Shown: positions 50,001-59,782, numbered from the stretch's first letter. The stretch is DNA of 64,000 nucleotides from Cyanobacteria bacterium P01_A01_bin.123 (GCA_039815185.1 JBCBZT010000039.1:1-64000); one strand, 5' to 3'. The notes: generated by a model not told the origin, from the letters alone. Numbers and translations: made by a program.

Positions 50001-51966
50001 GGAAGCAGCCCAAAACCTACGCAAACTAGACGCAACCGAGCAAGCTAGGATCGTAGCGATGGTGCTACAGCAGATGCTGAATCAATTTACTCAAGACCAC
50101 ACCTTCATTACCGACCAGAATGAAATTTTGGCCCTTAGTGTTAGCCCAGACGACACCTTACTGATCACGGCGGATGCCGAAGGATTTGTCAAACTTTGGA
50201 CGATAGCCGGAGAATTAAAGCACACGCTGCCGCGCCAAGACGGTTCTATTTGGGGGGTCGAGTTTAGCGCCGATGGCAAAACTTTTGCAATCGCGGGCAC
50301 CAATGGGCAGGTCTCCCACTGGGATTTAAACGGCAAGCAGATTACCCAGTGGTCAGCCCACAGCGATAGTGGCGTCGCGAGTTTGGCCTATCATCCCAAT
50401 GGCGATCGCATCGCCACTGCTGGGGCAGACGGCAGTGTCAAGGTGTGGGATACTGATGGCAACTTAGCCAAGGCCTGGATCGCCTCCACTGAAGGTGAGG
50501 TGATTGCCAACCTGAGCTTTAGCCCTGACGGCAATTATCTGGCAACCGCAGGCTACGATGGCCAAGTGCAAGTTTGGAATATTGAAGGCCAACTCGTTCA
50601 TCGTTTTGATCATGCTGAAGCAGTGTTGGACTTGAGTTTTCATCCCCGGGGTAATCAACTGGCCAGCGTTGATCAAGTCGGCAATATTTACCTGTGGGAT
50701 TTGGAACAAGGGGAGTTGCTGCAAACAATGGGGGAAGGCAGTCAACCGCTGGCCGCAGTTCGCTTTACCGAGGACGGCAACCAACTGGTGGTTGCGGGTG
50801 ATTTGGGCATTGTGCAACTTTGGGATATACGTGGCTACAAACTGACAGATTTAGTCGGCCATCAAAGTTGGGTTTGGGCCCTTGATCGCCGACCTAATGG
50901 TCAATTTATCTCCGCTGATATCAGTGGCAAAGTCCAAATCTGGGATGTGACCGATCGGGCTCAGGCGCGCTGGTCTGCCTACGACGCGATCGCGTGGAGT
51001 GTTAACTTTAGCCCCGATGGCCAAACATTGCTGACTGCTGGGGAAACCGGGATAGCCACTCGCTGGGATTTAAACGGCGATCGCTTGACTCAATACGAAG
51101 GGCACGGGGCCGTCACGATTGGTGATCTAGCCCCCCAACAAAACATTTACTGGGCTGAATTTAGTGCCGACGGCGATCGAGTGGTTACCGCCGGTCAAGA
51201 CGGCACTGCTCGGGTTTGGTCTTTAACAGGGCAAGAACTAGCGCTGCTCAATCACGAAGAAGCCGTCGTCAACACGGCCACTATTAGCCCAAATGGTGAC
51301 TCCATCGCAACTGGCGACGGCTTAGGCGACGTCCGGCTATGGAGCATCAATGGAGAGTTACAACAAACCTTAGAAGCCCATTCAGAGAGGGTTTTAAGCG
51401 TCCGCTTTAGCCCCGATGGTCAGTATTTAGCAACCGCCAGTAGCGATCGCACCGCGCAGATTTGGGATCTTCAAACTCAAAAACCCATCGTTCAGCTCGA
51501 AGGCCATCAAGACACGGTATCTTGGGTTGCTTTTAGTCCCGATGGTCAGGCCGTGGTCACCGCCAGTCACGATGGCACCGCCCGCCTTTGGGATCTGCAA
51601 GGCAATCTGATCACCGAACTGATTGGTCATTCCCGCCGAATTACCTGGGTAGGGTTTAGTCCCAAAGGCAATTACATCGCCACTGCCAGTGCTGATAATC
51701 GAGTAATTCTATGGCGCTATCAGGGCAGCCAAACCCATCAAATGCGACAGTTCACCGGCTATGCGGGCGAGGTCTTTAGTGCCTCATTTAGCCCCGACGA
51801 ACAAACCATTGCGGTTTCAGATAGTACGGGAACCATCACGCTATGGCCCATCGAAAACCTCGATATGCTAATTGAGCGCGGGTGCGATTGGGTCCGCCAG
51901 TTCAATGCCCCCAAGGGTAAAGAACGTTCCGAACTTAGCAGTGTCTTGGCTGAATGTAGTCAATAG
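47056..51966 (+). CDS. TPR + STAND NTPase (nSTAND1-like) + TM + 14 WD40 repeats (NLR-like protein)
   Basis: GQSGVGKSS, LIFDQFEE and YQLVHDYL; hydrophobic GGIVLAISLGVMSILGTLA; 14 WD-ending blades counted; cap LDMLIERGCDWV. Confidence 0.9.
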   Translation: MSRLQSTREDDSHSVFDKKTLHTLIRTISFSVNQFSLIILRCNYQELGAKILERLKGVDDLSIQEIILPVSATTLYTTIQTEFRKIESQPSALIILGLEGIKSLDDLLVSANQVRDEFRKSFSCPVILLCDDEALQKLVRLAPDFYNWATLIQVNISTPILYKFMRTKADNIFALASEIDLKNFQNRKLIYSEEIARQKKEIEYAYSDFQDHYANSNPEIVAILDFTCGLELHANNLTSDALEKYSNSLDFWREKDSERLGVLLFYMGICYYHHALNQHEITRFSEQAKNCFKGCLTTFEQGKHLDLVSKYIGQVGKALERMEAWEDLEILASRALSLHSTLYNSAYLGGGSDSLSKVALYQAQWENSIRLAHDHGMLANVALSQQQWSVAQTHAEQALDILNQVNQAAAPGIPSQTNGSLNWDRAYYCQQYHFSLAQALSGMGQYHEAITQLEIAQHLGNLEYDPQLYIRISRRLQLLYYSQKRYLEAFQMRQIYRTVEQQYGLRAFTGAGRLRPRKTLHSPALDVPDQPDDIPPEIVASGRQPDVERLVHRMYRPDYKLTVIYGQSGVGKSSMIEAGLIPALQRQVIDSREVVPVLQQIYAHWLKQLEVQLVLASHPKGAKQASKTPYLDTPAAILAQLQTNADRNQLTVLIFDQFEEFFVTTASQPHHRQFYEFLGQCLALPYVKVILSLREDYIHHLLAFNRLVNLDIIDNNILDKSILYRIGNFTKPDARRLIQQLTYQAQFPLEPTLVERLVEDLAGGSEEVRPIELQMLGEQLQTENITTLAQYETFANRERSSKEVIVDRYLDSVIKDCGPENRRAAEMVLYWLTDEAETRPLRTKAELATNLGSEAHRLDLVLKILVHSGIALLLPAHPIERYQLVHDYLVALIRRQRGAKLLQEIAILRRQEADNRFALVRQKRLLRNGGIVLAISLGVMSILGTLASRIQTQNQLIQLRLDASNALELYEISQTEGLLAALEAAQNLRKLDATEQARIVAMVLQQMLNQFTQDHTFITDQNEILALSVSPDDTLLITADAEGFVKLWTIAGELKHTLPRQDGSIWGVEFSADGKTFAIAGTNGQVSHWDLNGKQITQWSAHSDSGVASLAYHPNGDRIATAGADGSVKVWDTDGNLAKAWIASTEGEVIANLSFSPDGNYLATAGYDGQVQVWNIEGQLVHRFDHAEAVLDLSFHPRGNQLASVDQVGNIYLWDLEQGELLQTMGEGSQPLAAVRFTEDGNQLVVAGDLGIVQLWDIRGYKLTDLVGHQSWVWALDRRPNGQFISADISGKVQIWDVTDRAQARWSAYDAIAWSVNFSPDGQTLLTAGETGIATRWDLNGDRLTQYEGHGAVTIGDLAPQQNIYWAEFSADGDRVVTAGQDGTARVWSLTGQELALLNHEEAVVNTATISPNGDSIATGDGLGDVRLWSINGELQQTLEAHSERVLSVRFSPDGQYLATASSDRTAQIWDLQTQKPIVQLEGHQDTVSWVAFSPDGQAVVTASHDGTARLWDLQGNLITELIGHSRRITWVGFSPKGNYIATASADNRVILWRYQGSQTHQMRQFTGYAGEVFSASFSPDEQTIAVSDSTGTITLWPIENLDMLIERGCDWVRQFNAPKGKERSELSSVLAECSQ
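48157..49820 (+). repeat. ~1.65-kb direct repeat, copy B
   Basis: Colinear with 41925-43586. Confidence 0.9.
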
Positions 51967-52088
51967 CAGGGTGCGTAAAACCTTTTCTAACTAGATCAAC
52001 AGCAACCCCTACCCCTGAGGGCAATTGAGGCTGAGTTCCTTAAGAGGACAAGGTTCTAAAGGGCGCTTGCTGTTGTGAGTTGCCTACC

Positions 52089-52195
52089 ATGAGCCCTAAC
52101 CAGATGACTCAATCTACCGAGTATCACCCTATTACTCAGCCTACAGACAATCTGGTTCGCAGCCGCAGACGAAGCATTACCTCGGCTGCTGTATA
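52089..52195 (+). mobile_element. Degenerate fourth copy of the ~105-bp repeat
   Basis: Ungapped alignment over ~70 nt keeps CCAGAT, ACCGAGTATC and CAATCTGG.TCGC; ends in TATA. Confidence 0.55.
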
Positions 52196-52223
52196 ATTTG
52201 CTTATCATTCTAGAGGTTTTTTG

Positions 52224-52436
52224 ATGAAGACCTTGATGCCCCTTACTCTAACAGCCATCACCCTAGGATTTGTCTCTGCCGTTGCCAATCCGGCCCAACT
52301 CAAACTCGTATCAACCCGCATAGAAACCGAGCGGCAGTTCTCATGGGTTTACCAACCACCGATTGGAGGCGAGCGTAGCGGTCAGCAAGGTACCCGATTT
52401 GAGTCTCGTCCTGCAGATTGGGTCGAACAGATTTAG
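52224..52436 (+). CDS. Small putative secreted protein
   Basis: AGAGG RBS; signal-peptide-like MKTLMPLTLTAITLGFVSAVA; YQPPIGGERSGQQGTR motif. Confidence 0.55.
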   Translation: MKTLMPLTLTAITLGFVSAVANPAQLKLVSTRIETERQFSWVYQPPIGGERSGQQGTRFESRPADWVEQI

Positions 52437-52525
52437 ACTCTCGATGGGTGTCTTTAGAAACTGGGTTTCTCACCGATGCAACAACACAATCAAGCTTTTG
52501 GCAAAAATACCCCAGTGCTTGCACC

Positions 52526-53419
52526 TCAACGTTTTACACCCGTTGTAGCAATGCCCTGAATAAATTGCCGCTGCCCCACCAGAAACAGACCCACTACGGG
52601 AATTGTGGCAATGACCACTGCCGCCATCAACAGCGGCCAATCATTGGTGAACTGCTCTTGAAACGCCGCCAAGGCCAACTGCACCGTTTGCAACTCGGGG
52701 CGAGTCGTAAACACTAGGGGTTTGAACAAATCGTTCCACTCGCCAATAAACGTAAATAGAAACAACGTCACTAAGGCCGGGCGGGCCAGCGGTAAGAGGA
52801 CTTGCCAAAGAATTTGTAGCCGATTGGCCCCGTCTAAGGCAGCCGCTTCTTCTAGTTCAACGGGCAGCGTTTGAAAATACTGACGCATCAAGAAAATGCC
52901 AAACCCATTGGCCGCTGTCGGCAAAATCAGTGCTCCATAGGTGTTAATCAAGTGGCCCCACTTCAGCACCAAGAAAATAGGAATCACCAGCAACTGAAAG
53001 GGAATCACTAGCGTGGCCAGGATGGCCAGCAACAATCCCTGTCGCCCTCGAAAGGATAGCCTTGCTAACACATACCCAGCTAAGGCAGAAGTCGTAATCT
53101 GTAGGCCTGTTACCGCGATCGCTACCAGCGTCGAATTGGCAAACGCCAGTAAAAAATTACCTTGTGCCCAAGCCATTCGATAGCTGTCCAACGACCAGGC
53201 TGAAATAGGCGCGATCGCCCCCGTCTGAGTAATTCCAGCAGGAGAGAAAGAAACCCACAACACCATTGCCAAGGGCCACAAAACGACCCCCGCCCCAATG
53301 ACCAGCAGGCCGACTATTCCCCAGCGTTTTCCCTGAGCCAACCGGGAAAATGGTTCAGGTGTTGGCCCCAGTGAATCCACAGTAGGCAAATTCTCACTGG
53401 TTACGATAGGGAATGGCAT
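52526..53419 (-). CDS. Carbohydrate ABC transporter permease (MalG-like)
   Basis: EEAAALDGA EAA loop, WNDLFKPL and QRQFIQG. Confidence 0.92.
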   Translation of the reverse strand: MPFPIVTSENLPTVDSLGPTPEPFSRLAQGKRWGIVGLLVIGAGVVLWPLAMVLWVSFSPAGITQTGAIAPISAWSLDSYRMAWAQGNFLLAFANSTLVAIAVTGLQITTSALAGYVLARLSFRGRQGLLLAILATLVIPFQLLVIPIFLVLKWGHLINTYGALILPTAANGFGIFLMRQYFQTLPVELEEAAALDGANRLQILWQVLLPLARPALVTLFLFTFIGEWNDLFKPLVFTTRPELQTVQLALAAFQEQFTNDWPLLMAAVVIATIPVVGLFLVGQRQFIQGIATTGVKR

Positions 53420-53653
53420 AGATGACTCAATGCGAGTTTGGCAAAACTAATGCTATAACGATAGCCAATCAAGATAACCGATAGGAATGAGAAGCAATGG
53501 TCAATCTTGGCAGTTAAACCCTAGACTGTGTAAAGTGTGAATTTAGGTATCATACTTTTGAGGAATTCCAGATTGAACTAAAACTCCATATCCTCAGGGG
53601 TTTATCCGTAACTACTGTATGAAAACACTTGTAAAGCAGGGATAGTTAAAAAC

Positions 53654-54349
53654 ATGCCGCAGCTTGAAGCCAGCCCCGTGATTGACTTCCAGAGTGAAGC
53701 ATACAAAGACGCTTACAGTCGAATCAACGCCATCGTGATCGAAGGTGAGCTGGAAGCCAACGCCAACTACAAGCAGCTGGCTGAGAGCCTGGCTGAGAGT
53801 AAGGACGAACTTCTAAAGCTTGCCAAGATGGAAAATCGGCATATGAAAGGGTTTCAGGCCTGTGGTCGCAACTTAGACGTAACCCCAGACATGACCTTTG
53901 CAAAAGCGTTTTTTGCCTCACTTCACAACAATTTTCAAACGGCTTGGCAGGAGGGACGCATCGTCACCTGTTTGCTGATTCAGTCCTTAATCATTGAAAC
54001 CTTTGCCATTTCTGCTTACAACATTTATATCCCAGTGGCAGATGACTTTGCCCGCAAAATTACTGAGGGCGTGGTCAAAGACGAATATTTGCACCTCAAC
54101 TTCGGCGAAGAATGGCTGAAGGCCAACTTTGAGTCAGCCAAGACAGAACTTGAAGCAGCCAACCGCCAAAACCTGCCCTTGGTTTGGAAAATGCTGAATC
54201 AAGTTGAGCAAGATGCTGAAATCTTAGGCATGGAAAAGGAAGCCCTGGTCGAAGATTTTATGATTACTTACGGCGAAGCCTTGGCCAACATTGGCTTTAG
54301 CAGCCGTGATGTGATGCGACTCTCTGCCCAAGGTTTGGCAACAGTCTAG
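53654..54349 (+). CDS. ado: Aldehyde-deformylating oxygenase
   Basis: [16 protein letters not shown]; di-iron ENRH and DEYLH motifs. Confidence 0.97.
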   Translation: MPQLEASPVIDFQSEAYKDAYSRINAIVIEGELEANANYKQLAESLAESKDELLKLAKMENRHMKGFQACGRNLDVTPDMTFAKAFFASLHNNFQTAWQEGRIVTCLLIQSLIIETFAISAYNIYIPVADDFARKITEGVVKDEYLHLNFGEEWLKANFESAKTELEAANRQNLPLVWKMLNQVEQDAEILGMEKEALVEDFMITYGEALANIGFSSRDVMRLSAQGLATV

Positions 54350-54541
54350 ATCGGGTTGCCTCAGCATCGATTGCACCATAGCCATGCAGTCTGTGCACTT
54401 AGCAATCCCAGTAATTGCGCCCCCATTGGCTTGATTGCCCGCCTTTGAGTGGTAATGGGCTTGCCAAGGCGGGGGCGTCACTGGATGATGGCTTTATTCA
54501 TTAAGTTACCTGGATACAGCCAGGGTTCGTAGTCACACCTA

Positions 54542-55567
54542 ATGTTCGGTTTAATCGGTCACCTTACAAGTTTAGACCACGCCCAAGCGGTGGCGCGGGA
54601 TTTAGGATATCCGGAGTACGCGGATCAGGGCTTAGATTTTTGGTGCAGTGCCCCTCCCCAAATCGTAGATACGATTCGGGTTAAGAGTGCGACCGGCCAA
54701 GAAATTGAAGGTCGTTATGTGGAATCGTGCTTTTTGCCTGAAATGCTAGCCGCTAGGCGTATCAAAGCCGCAACCCGCAAGATTATCAATGCCATGGCCC
54801 ATGCCCAAAAAAACGGTGTAGATATCACGGCTTTGGGAGGGTTTTCATCGATCATTTTTGAAAATTTCAACCTGAACCAGATCACTCGGGTTCGTAACGT
54901 CGCCTTAGACTTTCGACGATTCACCACAGGCAACACCCACACTGCATACATTATTTGCCGTCAGGTCGAACAAGCCGCAGCCAAGCTGGGTATTAACTTA
55001 TCAGACGCCATCGTAGCTGTCTGTGGGGCAACGGGGGATATTGGCAGCGCCGTGTGCCAATGGCTGAATGCCCGGGCTGACCTCAAAGATTTGTTGTTGA
55101 TTGCCCGCAACCAAGCCCGGTTACAAGTGCTCCAGGAAAAGTTAGGGCGCGGTAAGGCGATGAGCTTAGAAGCTGCCCTGCCCCAAGCCGATATTGTGGT
55201 TTGGGTCGCCAGTATGCCCAAAGGGGTCGCCATCGACCCGCAAACGCTTAAGCAGCCGTGCTTAATGATCGACGGCGGCTACCCCAAAAATTTAGCCAGC
55301 CAACTAGACTGGCCCGGTATCCATGTCCTCAACGGGGGGATCGTTGAGCATTCCCTGGATATCGACTGGCGAATTATGAGCATTGTCAACATGGATGTAC
55401 CTGCCCGTCAGCTATTTGCCTGCTTTGCTGAGTCTATGTTGCTAGAGTTTGAAAAGTGGTACACCAACTTCTCTTGGGGACGTAATCAAATTACCCTAGA
55501 AAAAATGGAACAAATTGGCCAAGCCTCTGTAAAGCACGGCTTCCGCCCTTTATTAATTAATAGCTAG
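54542..55567 (+). CDS. aar: Long-chain acyl-ACP reductase
   Basis: [18 protein letters not shown] and FACFAE; follows ado. Confidence 0.97.
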   Translation: MFGLIGHLTSLDHAQAVARDLGYPEYADQGLDFWCSAPPQIVDTIRVKSATGQEIEGRYVESCFLPEMLAARRIKAATRKIINAMAHAQKNGVDITALGGFSSIIFENFNLNQITRVRNVALDFRRFTTGNTHTAYIICRQVEQAAAKLGINLSDAIVAVCGATGDIGSAVCQWLNARADLKDLLLIARNQARLQVLQEKLGRGKAMSLEAALPQADIVVWVASMPKGVAIDPQTLKQPCLMIDGGYPKNLASQLDWPGIHVLNGGIVEHSLDIDWRIMSIVNMDVPARQLFACFAESMLLEFEKWYTNFSWGRNQITLEKMEQIGQASVKHGFRPLLINS

Positions 55568-55597
55568 TGTTGATTGATAGCTAATTTCCTTAAGCCC

Positions 55598-56581
55598 ATG
55601 CCTCCCGTTGAACGCCGCCCCATTTTGCTGGATTTTGAGAAGCCCCTGGCAGAACTGGAGGCACGCATCGCCCAAATTCGAGAATTGGCTGAGAATAACG
55701 AAGTTGATGTATCAGCCCAAATTCATCAGCTTGAAGCTCGGGCTAATCAACTTCGCCAAGAAATTTTTACCAGCCTGACCCCAGCCCAAAGGCTTCAGGT
55801 CGCCCGCCATCCCCGTCGGCCCAGCACATTAGACTACATCCAGGCAATTTGTGAAGAGTGGATTGAACTCCACGGCGATCGCAGAACAGGGAGAGACGAC
55901 CCGGCAATGGTGACCGGCATTGCTCGTTTGGATAATCGGCCCGTGGTGCTAATTGGGCACCAAAAAGGACGCGATACCAAAGATAATGTGATCCGTAACT
56001 TTGGCATGGCGTCTCCTGGGGGATATCGTAAGGCACTGCGGCTGATGAATCATGCCAACCGCTTCAATATGCCAATTCTGACCTTCATCGATACCCCAGG
56101 CGCTTTTCCAGGATATGAAGCTGAAGAAATGGGTCAAGGGGAGGCCATTGCCTATAACTTACGGGAGATGTTTGCCCTAGACGTACCGATTATTTGTACG
56201 GTAATTGGGGAAGGTGGTTCAGGGGGAGCCTTAGGCATTGGCGTCGGCGATCGCCTGTTGATGTTTGAACATTCAGTCTACACCGTGGCCAGTCCCGAAG
56301 CCTGTGCAGCAATCCTTTGGAAGGATGCAGGGCGTTCAGCCCAAGCAGCCGAGGCACTTAAAATTACGGCTTGGGATCTTAAGGGGCTAGGCATTCTTGA
56401 CCAACTCTTACCCGAACCCATTGGCGGTGCACATGCTAATCCCTTAAAAACCGCCGCTAACTTGAAATCAGCTTTGCTGCAAAATCTCAATGCCCTGTTG
56501 GCCCTATCTCCAGATCAGCTGCGTCAACAGCGCTACGATAAGTTTCGACAAATTGGTGTGTTTACTGAAGCGGTTGCCTAG
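55598..56581 (+). CDS. accA: Acetyl-CoA carboxylase carboxyltransferase alpha subunit
   Basis: [19 protein letters not shown] and GEGGSGGAL. Confidence 0.97.
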   Translation: MPPVERRPILLDFEKPLAELEARIAQIRELAENNEVDVSAQIHQLEARANQLRQEIFTSLTPAQRLQVARHPRRPSTLDYIQAICEEWIELHGDRRTGRDDPAMVTGIARLDNRPVVLIGHQKGRDTKDNVIRNFGMASPGGYRKALRLMNHANRFNMPILTFIDTPGAFPGYEAEEMGQGEAIAYNLREMFALDVPIICTVIGEGGSGGALGIGVGDRLLMFEHSVYTVASPEACAAILWKDAGRSAQAAEALKITAWDLKGLGILDQLLPEPIGGAHANPLKTAANLKSALLQNLNALLALSPDQLRQQRYDKFRQIGVFTEAVA

Positions 56582-56655
56582 GGGCGCTTTAACGTTATGC
56601 TGACCAAGGGATCGCTGCAATTAGGGGGCTAATTGGCTAAGATCTCCCCAGATTC

Positions 56656-56676
56656 GTTAACATTTGTTAACATAAT
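56656..56676 (+). promoter_or_regulatory. HLR1-like (RpaB) direct repeat overlapping a -10 box
   Basis: TTAACATT-TG-TTAACATA has one mismatch per half to (G/T)TTACA(T/A)(T/A) and runs into CATAAT. Confidence 0.55.
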
Positions 56677-56681
56677 GAGAG

Positions 56682-56831
56682 GCATACAGCAGATATCGCG
56701 GCTATGGAAGCCTCTGGTGCATGATTTTCTAAATCGTTTTTAAGGTTCCTTTAATAGCTCCCTCGGTTTGGAGTGATTCCATTTTATTTAGGCAACGTGG
56801 TTCAGGTCAGTCAGGTTAGCAAACTGACTTT
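56682..56831 (+). ncRNA. psrR1: Candidate PsrR1 (SyR1)-like sRNA; boundaries approximate
   Basis: Blocks GGCATAC, CGGCTATGGAA and CTCCCTCGGTTT match my recollection of PsrR1 (not verified by alignment). There is an HLR1-like promoter and a GTCAGT...ACTGAC-TTT terminator-like end. Confidence 0.5.
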
Positions 56832-56884
56832 GCACTCAGCTTAGGTTTTACTTGCTGGCTCAATCAAGCAGATATCAAACTTTC

Positions 56885-57610
56885 ATGACTACCTCCACAA
56901 ATCGTCGTGTTCTGATCACCGGAGCAAGCAGCGGAATTGGCAAAGAAACAGCCCTGACCTTTGCTAAGGCTGGCTATGATTTAATTTTGGTCGCCCGCTC
57001 CATGGAAAAATTGCAGGCGATCGCTGATGAAGCGCAAAGTTACGGAGTGCAGGCTACAGTCCACACCCTTGATTTGGCGCAAGTAGAACAGGTTAAATCC
57101 CAAGTGCAAGCTCTGATGGCCCACAATGGTTTTATCGATATCTTGGTTAACAGCGCTGGCATGGGATATACCCAACCGCTTGCAGAAACCCCTCTGAACG
57201 ACTGGCAACGGGTCATAGATCTGAATCTAACCAGTGTTTTTCAATGCATCCAGGCAGTGTTGCCCAGCATGCGCGATCGCGGCCAAGGCGTCATCATCAA
57301 TGTTGCTTCCGTTGCTGCCCATTCAGCTTTCCCCGATTGGGGGGCTTACAGCGTTAGTAAAGCTGGGTTAGTGAGTCTATCGCGCATTTTAAGCGCAGAA
57401 GAGCGGGGCAATGGCATTCGGGTCATCACCATTACCCCTGGCGCAGTAAATACACCCATCTGGGATACTGACACCGTTCAAGCCGACTTTGACCGCAGCA
57501 GTATGCTAACGCCGGATATTGTGGCCAATTCGATTGTCCACGCAGCCACCTTGCCCCAGCACGCCGTGATTGAAGAATTAACGTTAATGCCTAGCGGCGG
57601 AGCCCTTTAA
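56885..57610 (+). CDS. SDR-family oxidoreductase
   Basis: TGASSGIG, NSAG and YSVSK; usual ado-aar-accA-SDR-folE order. Confidence 0.92.
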   Translation: MTTSTNRRVLITGASSGIGKETALTFAKAGYDLILVARSMEKLQAIADEAQSYGVQATVHTLDLAQVEQVKSQVQALMAHNGFIDILVNSAGMGYTQPLAETPLNDWQRVIDLNLTSVFQCIQAVLPSMRDRGQGVIINVASVAAHSAFPDWGAYSVSKAGLVSLSRILSAEERGNGIRVITITPGAVNTPIWDTDTVQADFDRSSMLTPDIVANSIVHAATLPQHAVIEELTLMPSGGAL

Positions 57611-57703
57611 CCCTTCCCTCGGTGATGACTACAGCAATCTGGCAGTTTTTGCTGCCTGGATTTTTCGACTGCAATTTTTGAAGATTTCAACCCTAATTAA
57701 ACT

Positions 57704-58450
57704 ATGACTATCGCATCCTCAAACGGTACCAACGGAACTCGCGCGGCCGGTCAACTCAACGATCATGACCGCCCTGTCGCCGTGGCTGAAAAAGCTACGC
57801 TAGTCCGCCCCGACCGCAGCAAGACTCACAGTTCGGCGGCTAAGCCTGACACTACCGAAAATACCGATAGTGAAGACTCTGCCAAGGAAGCTATGATGGC
57901 GTCTGTCCGTACGATGCTCTTATCCGTTGGTGAAGACCCTGATCGGGAAGGATTGCTTAAAACTCCAAAACGGGTGGCTGAAGCCATGCGTTTTCTCACC
58001 AGCGGCTATGAGCAGTCGTTAGAAGAACTCGTAAACAATGCCATTTTTGATGAAGGTCACAATGAAATGGTGTTAGTGCGCGACATCAATGCATTCAGCC
58101 TTTGTGAGCACCACATGCTGCCCTTTATGGGGCGAGTCCATGTGGCTTATATTCCCAACCAAAGGGTTGTTGGCTTGAGCAAGCTAGCCCGCATTGTTGA
58201 GATGTACTCGCGGCGGTTGCAGGTGCAAGAGCGGTTGACCCGCCAAGTAGCAGAGGCCATTCAAGAAATTCTAGACCCCCGTGGCGTAGCAGTCGTGATG
58301 GAAGCAAGCCACATGTGCATGGTCATGCGCGGGGTTCAAAAACCGGGCTCTTGGACGGTGACCAGCGCGATGCTGGGTGCGTTCCAGGATGATTCTAAGA
58401 CTCGTGATGAGTTTCTCAGCCTAATTCGCCATCAACCGTCGTTTTTCTAA
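57704..58450 (+). CDS. folE: GTP cyclohydrolase I
   Basis: [23 protein letters not shown] and HMCMVMRG. Confidence 0.97.
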   Translation: MTIASSNGTNGTRAAGQLNDHDRPVAVAEKATLVRPDRSKTHSSAAKPDTTENTDSEDSAKEAMMASVRTMLLSVGEDPDREGLLKTPKRVAEAMRFLTSGYEQSLEELVNNAIFDEGHNEMVLVRDINAFSLCEHHMLPFMGRVHVAYIPNQRVVGLSKLARIVEMYSRRLQVQERLTRQVAEAIQEILDPRGVAVVMEASHMCMVMRGVQKPGSWTVTSAMLGAFQDDSKTRDEFLSLIRHQPSFF

Positions 58451-58507
58451 GGCGTGTCATCAATTAAACGCGAAAAGCTTTATGGCTAGACTCGACTAAA
58501 CGAACTA

Positions 58508-58562
58508 AGGGCTGTCACCGCTGTTCTAAAAACAGTGGACAATCTAATTGATGACAGCCCCT
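58508..58562. terminator. Inverted repeat between convergent folE and trpF
   Basis: GGGCTGTCA ... TGACAGCCC arms. Confidence 0.45.
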
Positions 58563-58608
58563 AGACGCAGCGGTGGCAAAAATGTCATTGTATGCTGTAC
58601 ATCGGGAC

Positions 58609-59277
58609 CTAAACCAACCCAGCGTGTTGGAGGGTTGCAAAGAGTTGCTGAACCTTTGACAAGTTTTTATCTCCAGGTGATCGTTCTAGGCCGCTAGAGA
58701 GATCAATGCCATCAGGATGGGTTTGATCGAGGGCACTCAGGATATTGTCTGGATTGAGACCCCCAGCTAAAAACCAGGGCTGCCCAGGTCGAAATGTTTG
58801 TAAGCTAGGCCAGTCTAGGGTTTTACCAGTCCCCCCGAGCTGGTCTGGATGATAGGCATCGAGCAAAAAGCCATCCACGATATCTTCATAGGCAGCAATT
58901 TGCTGGAGGCTTTCAGGGGTCTTGACGCGTAAGGCTTTAATTATCTCTACGTTAGGCAGGGCTGTGCGGAGCTGTTGGCAAAAATCGGGCGATTCGCTGC
59001 CGTGGAGTTGGATGGCACTTAAGCCTGCGATCGCGACCGTTGATTCAATTACGGGCAAAGGGGCATTGGCAAAAACGCCGACAAACGTCACTGGGATAGC
59101 TCTAGCCTCATCGGCTACTACCGTATCCACAATGGTGCGAATTTGTACAGGACTGACGTAGCGTGGGGAAGCCTCCACGCAGATAAATCCTAGCGCGGTG
59201 GCGCCAAGTTGCGCGATCGCGCGGGCCTGCTCAGCCTGAGCAATGCCACAAATTTTCACCCGCAGTGTTTGTTTCAA
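58609..59277 (-). CDS. trpF: Phosphoribosylanthranilate isomerase
   Basis: RVKICG, QLHGSE, GGTG, LAGGL and DLSSG. Confidence 0.95.
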   Translation of the reverse strand: MKQTLRVKICGIAQAEQARAIAQLGATALGFICVEASPRYVSPVQIRTIVDTVVADEARAIPVTFVGVFANAPLPVIESTVAIAGLSAIQLHGSESPDFCQQLRTALPNVEIIKALRVKTPESLQQIAAYEDIVDGFLLDAYHPDQLGGTGKTLDWPSLQTFRPGQPWFLAGGLNPDNILSALDQTHPDGIDLSSGLERSPGDKNLSKVQQLFATLQHAGLV

Positions 59278-59395
59278 AATTTCAACCTACTGTTAACTCT
59301 GTTGAACAAAGACCAAGCAATGTTCCGTGGCTCCCTATAATCCTGATTGACAGCCCTCTTTAAACAACCACTGACATAGATTTGGGAGATACCTC

Positions 59396-59671
59396 TTGCT
59401 TTATTCAAGCTTTTTACTGGCTGCTTATACCACCCCTACAACCCCGGAGTGGTCTCTTAAGGTGGCTTTGATTATGATTACCTGCAACCTCTTTGTGATT
59501 GCCATTGGCCGATATGCGATTCAAAAGCCAGGGGCTGGCCCAGCTTTGCCATTTAGCCTACCGGGTTTGTTTGAGGGATTTGGTGTCCCTGAGTTGCTGG
59601 CCACAACTAGCTTAGGTCATGTGCTGGGGGCTGGGATGATTCTTGGTTTGGGTAACGCAGGGTTACTGTAG
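59396..59671 (+). CDS. psaK: Photosystem I subunit PsaK
   Basis: WS..VALIM..CNL and LLATTSLGHVLGAG.ILGL; GGAGA RBS before TTG. Confidence 0.92.
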   Translation: MLYSSFLLAAYTTPTTPEWSLKVALIMITCNLFVIAIGRYAIQKPGAGPALPFSLPGLFEGFGVPELLATTSLGHVLGAGMILGLGNAGLL

Positions 59672-59740
59672 GCCGGGCTAATCTTTTAGGGAAAACCAGC
59701 GATTTACAAATCATCTGGTTTTCTCTCCAATAAGTTTTCA

Positions 59741-59782
59741 ACGAGTCAGCCCAAATTGTGTTTACAATTTGGGCTGACTCGT
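59741..59782 (+). terminator. 19-bp perfect hairpin after psaK
   Basis: ACGAGTCAGCCCAAATTGT-GTTT-ACAATTTGGGCTGACTCGT. Confidence 0.7.

Noticed and set aside
39517..51966. Prophage, integron or IS-bounded island
   Set aside because: No integrase, transposase, phage genes or att/tRNA site is visible.
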